From Paraspadella gotoi (Eukaryota > Animalia > Chaetognatha): a stretch of DNA of 64,000 nt. Numbering within the stretch: position 1 is the stretch's first letter; the number at the start of each line of letters is the position of its first letter. The stretch is from contig CM119267.1 of NCBI GenBank assembly GCA_051294375.1, forward strand, positions 10,287,458 to 10,351,457. Direction: 5' to 3'. Below the pieces are notes generated by a model, which was not told the origin of the DNA, did no database searches, and was given only the letters and a program-made list of their open reading frames with translations. Positions 55,411-64,000 of this stretch are shown here, piece by piece. Both the position numbers and the translations under genes were made by a program.

Positions 55411-55676
55411 CAGAATTGCAGTTAACTGGGAAAATTTTGAAAAAACAAATGATCATTCGAGAGTAATTAAAGAAGTGGGCTGAAATTGAAAAGAGTTTTG
55501 AATCTCGCCAAAAAAAAATTATTTCACGAAAAGTAAGCTATTGTTTACTCGAAAGAAAGTTTTTTTTTAATTTAAATTTATTTTTATCAAAAAAAAAAAA
55601 AAAAAAAGAAAAGTATTCGATTTGTGGAAGGAAACTTGTTGTTACTTCGTCTTACGTTCTTGCGGTGACTTTTTTG

Positions 55677-55783
<107 letters not shown>

Positions 55784-55921
55784 TTATTTCTTTCTTTCAT
55801 TCCTTTCTTCTTTTTCTCTCTATCTTTCTCTCTCTTTTACCCTCTCTGTGTATGCCCCACTGTTAATCGTTTTGTTTACAAATTTTTCCGAGTTTCACAA
55901 ATCATTTTTTTGTATTTTTCC

Positions 55922-56010
<89 letters not shown>

Positions 56011-57138
56011 CTCCCATTCTCTCCCTCCTGTTTAATTCAATTTTTTTTCATTCTTCCAATCTTGTTTTTATTTTTGGGGTCTGCTTTCTCCGCATGTGGG
56101 TCCCTTAATTTCCTCTGGTTCTGAACTCGGGGGAAAAAAAAGTGAAATTAGAATCTCCTCCACGAAAGAATCCAATGGGAACGAATAAAGAAAAGAAGAC
56201 TAGCGGAGAATTCGACTCTTTTTTTCAAATCGCTCGTTTTCTATTAATACAGTTAGCGTTTTAATTCTTTACGCGAGATTTACGAAATAATGATTAAATA
56301 AATTGATTAACATAAAACAAATTGGAAACTTAGCGAATAGGGTTACACCTAACCGGATCAGTGCCGGAGACCGTCGTCGTTTATCAATTAACGACAAAAC
56401 CGATTCAATTAAAATGTTTAAAAATAAAGGTTTTAGTGCTAAGTCTATTTAAGGCAATAAACATCTTTAATAAAGAATAATAATAGTCCCCGAACGACGT
56501 TTAAAGCTTCCCGTTTAACAACCGGGCGGCGCGCCGGTGACGAATGGTTTTCGAAGAACGGATTCCTTCGTTGTGGTTCACGATGAATTTAATTTTCCAG
56601 AATCGAATTCAGAAACGAAAGTTTATCTCGGATGTTTTCGATGTCTTTTATACAAACGATTCGGGAATATTCCTCGCCGGGTTTGTATTGTTACAAAAGT
56701 TTTTTTTTTCACTTTTTTTACGACTTGTTTTTTAAACATGCCATGTTCATTTATTTACTTTCGAATAGAACAGATATAGCGCGACACTAACGGTTTCTCC
56801 GAGTACTATGAGAATTTTTTGCATCTTCTTACGTTAAATCTTATAACTTTTGCTCCGACATGACGGCCCATCCCCCGCCCTCCACTCCGCAACACCCCCC
56901 CCCCCCGTCCCAATTCTCGTCAAACACATTCGCCCTTTGTCGAGACTCGAGTCCAGTGGCGTTAATTCACGCCACGTTTTTTAGCTAATGTCAGGACTTG
57001 ACTCTCGCCCGGACTTTTAAGAGAATTTAAAAAACGAGTTTTTTAAAATAGAAATAAATCTCAGCTTTGAAAAAAAAAAAATTGTAAATATCTCGGGTTT
57101 TCAGAAGGAAAAAAACGAGAAAGCTAAACATTGATAAA

Positions 57139-57224
<86 letters not shown>

Positions 57225-57342
57225 AGAGAAGAGATTGGAGAAGGCAAAGGTGGAAGGAGAAATTGAAATCCTTAGAGAAAATCTCGGAAAAGATTTTGCT
57301 AAAAGATCGAGTGAAAGTGGAGTTAAAGAGGGGGGGGGAAAA

Positions 57343-58132
57343 GTGAGGAGACCGAAGAGTGGTAAGCGTGTGGATCGAGGGTTGCGAGCAAAGATTAAAA
57401 ATAGACCGAGATCATTCTTTCGAGTTCGACAAAATGGAATTTGTCTCGCGAAACATAAATAACTCATGTCTTTCTCAATCAACAGGATCTCCCTTTTAAA
57501 AGAAGGTCCAAGAGTTAACATGATTTCTTAGACTGAGGTGGAAAGCTGAGGGGGGGGCAAGGATTATCGGGATTGGGTAAAGTAACACAACTTGAAGAGC
57601 AGATGACAGAGAACCGAGAGAATAGAACCCTAGTAAGTCTTTGAGCAGACCTAGACGAATGAATTTGAGCGATCGCAAAAAAGATAATAAGATTAAGAGT
57701 AGCTTGTATGGGGAGAGTCAACTAGTCCAGTGTAAAGTCATTGAGATGAGATGAGATAAAGAGGATGAGTTGAGAAGAGATGAGAAAAGATGAATGAATC
57801 GGATCGAGATGAGATGAGATAAAAAGGATGAGTTGAGAGAGATGTGAAAAGATGAAATAAATCGGATCGAGATGAGATAGATGAAAGAGATGAGTGAGAA
57901 GAGATGATCTAGAAATCGAGGAGGAAATGAGTTTTTTGAAGAATAAAGGAAATGACGAGGACGACGACGAAGACGAAGACGAAGACGACGACGACGACAC
58001 GACGACGAAGACGAAGACGAGGATGCCGAAAGAAACATTTGAGGACGTTCAACCCCCACTGAACAAAGAATGGGGTCCTGAGAATTATTATGAAAAAATA
58101 TCGAATAAGTCGATTTTCGGGAGTCACCAAGT

Positions 58133-58219
<87 letters not shown>

Positions 58220-58457
58220 ATAAAGAAAGTATGAAACAAATCGCCTTTGTTCCGTAATTTTTCTGATCCCAAAAAACCAAGTATTGATTTAAACTGATTC
58301 GCCCGGGGGTCCAGGGCAGTCCTTTTGGGCCCCCTAGGTAAGTCTCGACAGCCTCGATACGTGTCGGGGTCGGAAATAGGGAAGTGGGAACAAAAACTGA
58401 GCAAAGGAAAAGGATTCCTAAGTCCACTCTCTCTCTCTCTCTCTCTCTCTCATCTCG

Positions 58458-58505
<48 letters not shown>

Positions 58506-59145
58506 TTCATTTTTTGCTCTCTATCTCTCGCTTAGTTAATCAGCTTCATCTCTGTCGTAAACATTGAAAGAAGAAAACTACTTTGTTCAGTCTTTCTCTC
58601 TCGCTAATCCACAACATCCCCTCACCACACGGATTTTGGGTGCGTCCTATCAACCCTCTCTTTCTCGCATTCTTCTCTCTCTATCTCTCTTTCCTATCTC
58701 TCCTCTCTTTCTCTCTTTCTCTTTTCTTTCATGTCTCTCATTCTCTCTCCTTTCTCTGGCCATATCATTCAAACAATCTTTCTCAAACCTCCTCTATAAA
58801 TCCAACCCTCTCTCTCTCTCCTCTCTCTCTCTCTTCTTCTCTCTCTCTCTCTCTCTCTCTCCTCCCAACCCTCTCCAACTTTCTCACCCTTCTTCCCCGA
58901 CACNNNNNNNNNNNNNNNNNNNNNNNNNGAGAAAGAGAGAAAGAGAGAGAGAGATAGAAAGAGAGATAGAGAGAGAGAATGCGAGAAAGAGAGGGTTGAT
59001 AGGACGCACCCAAAATCCGTGTGGTGAGGGGATGTTGTGGATTAGCGGAGAGAGAAAAGACTGAACAAAGTAGTTTTCTTCTTTCAATGTTTACGACAGA
59101 GATGAAGCTGATTAACTAAGCGAGAGATAGAGAGCAAAAAATGAA

Positions 59146-59193
<48 letters not shown>

Positions 59194-59431
59194 CGAGATG
59201 AGAGAGAGAGAGAGAGAGAGAGAGTGGACTTAGGAATCCTTTTCCTTTGCTCAGTTTTTGTTCCCACTTCCCTATTTCCGACCCCGACACGTATCGAGGC
59301 TGTCGAGACTTACCTAGGGGGCCCAAAAGGACTGCCCTGGACCCCCGGGCGAATCAGTTTAAATCAATACTTGGTTTTTTGGGATCAGAAAAATTACGGA
59401 ACAAAGGCGATTTGTTTCATACTTTCTTTAT

Positions 59432-59518
<87 letters not shown>

Positions 59519-60321
59519 ACTTGGTGACTCCCGAAAATCGACTTATTCGATATTTTTTCAATAATTAATTCTCAGGATCCCATTCTTTGTTCAGTGGGTT
59601 GAACGTCCCTCAAATGTTTCCTTTCGCATTCCTCGTCTTCGTCTTCGTCGTCGTCGTCGTCGTCGTCTTCGTCTTCGTCTTCGTCGTCGTCCTCGTCATT
59701 TCCTTTATTCTTCAAAAACTCATTTCCTCCTCGATTTCTAGATCATCTCTTCTCAACTCATCCTCTTTCATCTAATCTCATCTCGATCCGATTTATTTCA
59801 TCTTTTCACATCTCTTCTCAACTCATCCTCTTTTATCTCATCTCATCTCGATCCGATTCATTTCATCTTTTCTCATCTCTTCTCAACTCATCCTCTTTCA
59901 TCTCATCTCATCTCAATGACTTTACACTGACTAGTGACTCTCCCCATACAACGCTACTCTTAATCTTATTATCTTTTTTGCGATCGCTCAAATTCATTCG
60001 TCTAGGTCTACTCAAAGACTTACTAGGGTTCTATTCTCTCGGTTCTCTGTCATTCTGCTCTTCAAGTTGTGTTACTCTTTACCCAATCCGATAATCCTTG
60101 CCCCCCCCTCCAGCTTTCCACCTCAGTCTAAGAAATCATGTTAACTCTTGAGCCTTCTTTTAAAAAGGGAGATCCTGTTGATTGAGAAAGACATGAGTTA
60201 ATTTAATGTTTCGCGAGACAAATTCCATTTTGTCGAAACTCGAAAGCAAATGATCTCGGTCTATTTTTAATCTTTGCTCGCAAACCCTCGATCCACGCTT
60301 ACCACTCTTCGGTCTCCTCAC
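57343..60321. repeat. Large inverted duplication (arms about 57343-58690 and 58960-60321) centred on an N-gap
   Basis: ORF 58325..58567(+) is identical to 59084..59326(-); the arms are reverse complements up to GTGAGGAGACCGAAGAGTGGTAAG. Confidence 0.92.
57742..57910 (+). repeat. Purine-rich minisatellite, unit about 62-63 bp, about 2.7 copies
   Basis: GAGATGAGATGAGATAAAGAGGATGAGTTGAGAAGAGATGAGAAAAGATGAATGAATCGGATC repeated; mirrored at about 59740-59915. Confidence 0.8.
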
Positions 60322-61346
60322 GTCGCTGCCCAGCCTCCATCAGTTCATTTTCCCGCGCCACTCCCCGCCTCCCGTCCAACGACGACACAATTCCTCATCG
60401 TCCACTCTCTTTCCACCCACCTCCCACCCTTTACCCTCCATTCCACCCCGCCCCCTCCGCCAGTCACTCACCTTCCTGCTCCTCCTTACCCTCGGCTTTC
60501 ACAATCACCATCGGGCCCTCAGCAGCCAAACAGATTCAACTGCCCCAACAGCACAGAACATCCACAGCATCATGCTCCGCCTCCACCGCCTCCGTCGACG
60601 CCGCACCCGGCAGGCGCGTCGGGCCCGCCGACTTATACGGTGGCGGCGCCAAATGTGCGGCACAATCAGCCACCGCCCAGTCAACTGCGTAATTGAATCT
60701 TCGAGACGATCGTTCCAACGTCTCGCCCACCAAATCGTATGTAGCTTCTCTCGACGTCAAACGCCCGACGCTTCTACGAGGGTGACGAGACGAAAGAACA
60801 GCCAAGTCCCTCCGCCTTTGAAGACGATGGCGACCAGAGCAATAACAACGACGAACGATTACAGCAATCGGCGCCGATGATAACAACTAAGCGTAGACAC
60901 TTGGTTGTCCAGGAGAGATTTTTATTTTTAATATTTCTGCACCATCGGAGAATTTGCTCGTATTTTTACACAAGCTCCTTATCTCTCCCTTGTCCACTCC
61001 GCCACTCCCCCAGTCCACAGTCGGTCCAATCCTCCCGTTATCTCCGTCGGTGAGAATCGTAGCGTGTTCTTTTCTTTCCTCCCTCACCCTCCCTCCCTTT
61101 CCGCCCCGCCCCTCTTTACTGCCTCTCTTCTTCAACTTTTTTTTTCCAGGACCCTGTTTTTCTCCTTTCGAGTTTACAACGATATAGATCTTTGCCTCTT
61201 TTGGCAAAATAGAAAAAAAACAAAACAAAACAAAAAAACTCAGAAGGCCCATCTATGGGCCACGGTTTTGTTTCCTTTATACTTTCCGTTCATTATATGT
61301 TTTCGCTTGTTTAAGAATGGTAAATACTTTGCTTGATTGTCTACGG

Positions 61347-63934
61347 TGTGGAAAATTAATCTTTCTCGTTTAATTGGCTTTCGAATTATTAAACGTTTTA
61401 ATCATTTAGAACTATTTTTCCTACGTATGTTAGCTTCATAACATGATTGGATGCATCGAAGGAGCTAGCCAGAACTCAGAATGTAAATCGACAGTTATGA
61501 GTTCTAATAGTATTACAAATATTTGTGTCAAAAGAAGAAACGAGTTTCTTGTTAATAAATTCATCTCACAGATTCAATTAAGTAAAGTTGCTGAATTGTT
61601 TTTTTCAAAGCGTTCATGGAACGTATTAGTTGATACGCGATTACATAATCTCGAAATTAGATAAAGCAAAACGAACAATCACATGTAGACGCTAAAAGAT
61701 GTTAATGATTAATCATAATCAGTCTACGGAATTTTTTTTGTGCTATTTCGTAAAGCCACAGTCAGATTTTCGGTGGGAAATGGTTGAGGGCGGGAAAAAC
61801 CTTTGGATAATTTTTACTACATGCGATACAGAAAAGAGTAGAGACGAAACTTGCTCAAGAAAAAATGGAATTTTTTTTCTGCGTTTAAGGCTGAATGCTT
61901 CGTGAATTGTGAAAGAAAGCCGGTTTTACGCCGGGCCGTTGTCGTTTACGTCCCCGACCGTAGTGTTATTGTGGTTATCATTTCCGTTGTTCGTCGGTTC
62001 GTCGGACTTCTCCGTTATGTGAAAATTGTCCAGGGCGGGGTTTCGAACCGGAGAGCATCTCAGATCGCTTTCGCTCCGATCTTCGCTCTATGGGAGCGAA
62101 CGCTTAGAAAAGCCGCCGTGAGTTTCTCCGCAGAGCCTCCAGGTATTCGGGAGCTTTTCGTCGGGACTGATGCTGCCCCCAGCGTTCGATCTTCGCTGTT
62201 GTAAGAGAGAGTGTTTAAACTTGCTGCCATCGAGCCCGGTGTTAGTGCCCCAGAGCGATCAAGGAAAAAACATCCAGTAAGTCGGCGGGTTCCGCGCAGA
62301 GCGCAGGGAGTTGGTTCTGACTATGAAAAAAAAAACAACAAAGGTAAACCACAAGGTCTTCTGTTCTGAGCACTGGAATGAATTTTTGTAAGAACTTAGT
62401 ACGCTGTAAATGAATAAAAACGAGTGCAATAATTATAATTGATTACAAAGATACCAATTTTTTGAAATTTTGATATGTTTCAAATCAAGAATAAATGGCG
62501 AAAACAATTAGTATCATTAAAGTGAGTCACTCGTTTTTACTTTTCTACCATTATGCTCAAGAAAATTACACATCGATCAAAACTCTCCGAACTTTTATTC
62601 GGGTGTAAAATAAAACATTTAAATTTATAAGAAAAAATAGGCAAAAAAAAAAATAAAAAAGACGAACCTGATGCTTCTCGCAGAACTGGGTAAGGGATAG
62701 GGTGGAGTTCGGACAAAGACCCGTTGGTGTAGAGGACGGCGCCACACGATTGAGATCACCCGCGTTGTTGTTATCCTCCTGGGGGCGCTGGACGCGAGGG
62801 CGCCCCTTGCGGTCGCGAACCGGCGACTCGCCGCCGACTCCGCCGCGCGCCACCGCCGCTTTCGAGGTCGTCGCTGGGCGTCGGCCCGTTCCAGACGGCC
62901 GTCGCGTGGCGCCGGAGGCGCGGCGTTCTCGAGGCGCGCCCGAGTCGAGTCGCTTGAAGACGCAGATGATGAGGAGGATGAGCGTTGATGACGACGACGC
63001 CTGCGGGTAAATCACAGTGACTCGAGAACGTGAGTCATTTTCACATCGGAGCTCGAATGAAAATGAAAATCCCTTTTATTAGTGGGAAAAAATGTGAATT
63101 TTTTTTCAGAGTGTCGACCTTTTTCTCTGTGCGGTCGCACCTTTTTTCGGGAAAGTTTTTCAAAGAAATAACGAATAAAGGTTAATATCTTGGGATGTTT
63201 ATTATGTGCTAGCTTTAAACTTAAAGTGACAACAATGTTTTGATTTCGAGTTAATCTAACTAACTTAAAAGGATCAAATATTAAGCCAATTAACTTTTCA
63301 TACTTTTCATTAGTCAAAAATTACAATTTATTTAATGATTGAAAAAAAAATAACATTGTTTATAATTTCTCTTTGTACGATAAGCGAATAAAGCAGCAGC
63401 TAAAAAAAACGGATTACTTTGACCGATCGCGTCGCCACCTCACCTCCGATGACGCGACGAGGATGACGATCATCGTGTTCGAATTCCCGGTGACGTCGTT
63501 GTCGTCGTCGTCGTCGCCGCGGCGTTTACGATCGGCCGACTGTGGACGCGTCTTGGAGGGATTCCCGCCAGGCGTCGCAAGCGGAGTTTCGCGGACGCAG
63601 CGAAGCTCGGATTCGCAGTAAACTTCGTCAGAATTTCAGTTAACTGGGAAAATTGTTGAAAAAAAACAAATGATCATTCGAGAGTTAATTAAAGAAGTGG
63701 CTGAAAATGAAAAGAAGTTTTGAATCTGCGCCAAAAAAAAATTATTTCACGAAAAGTAAGCTATTGTTTATCGAAAGAAAGTTTTTTTTTAATTTAAATT
63801 TATTTTTATCAAGAAAAAAAAAAAAATAAAAGAAAAGTTATTCGATTTGTGGAAGGAAAACTTGTTGTTACTTCGTCTTACGTTCTTGCGGTCGGGAACC
63901 TGTTTTTGTCTCTCTCTCTCTCTTTCTCTCTCTC

Positions 63935-63982
<48 letters not shown>

Positions 63983-64000
63983 TCCCGTCTCTCTCTCTCT
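61347..64000 (+). repeat. Direct duplicate of about 53217-55750
   Basis: Collinear match from GAAAATTAATCTT...CTCGTTTAATTGG to the (CT)n tract, with frequent 1-nt indels. Confidence 0.92.

Noticed and set aside
60322-61340. Pro-rich ORF 60274..60696 and adjacent sequence
   Set aside because: It lies between two probable artefactual duplications, starts inside the inverted arm and has no clear splice structure; likely low-quality read sequence.

Overview
AT-rich invertebrate animal (metazoan) genomic scaffold. It has GC-rich exons, short spliceosomal introns (mostly 60-450 bp), abundant (GA/CT)n microsatellites and several N-gaps. Genes I could model by hand, left to right: a giant >=16-exon, >3,400-aa low-complexity repeat protein (minus strand, runs off the left edge); an SLC16/MCT-like MFS transporter; calcyphosin-like (CAPSL); centrobin (with indel breaks); intronless epsin; intronless histidine ammonia-lyase; low-molecular-weight PTP ACP1 (not recoverable as one ORF in the track); a nephrin/kirre-like multi-Ig membrane protein; a multi-pass, possibly XK-like membrane protein; tRNA-Leu(AAG); and fragments of further secreted or single-pass genes. 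The right half is dominated by duplications (about 5.7 kb tandem, 1.35 kb inverted, 2.6 kb direct) that look like assembly or long-read artefacts. The most interesting observations are the giant protein with hierarchical repeats and an array of 129-nt symmetric exons, a candidate excess of GC-AG introns with relaxed 5' splice sites, and a tRNA-derived SINE-like repeat. There is no evidence for a prokaryote-type defence or CRISPR system. All family calls come from recognising motifs; no database searches were run.
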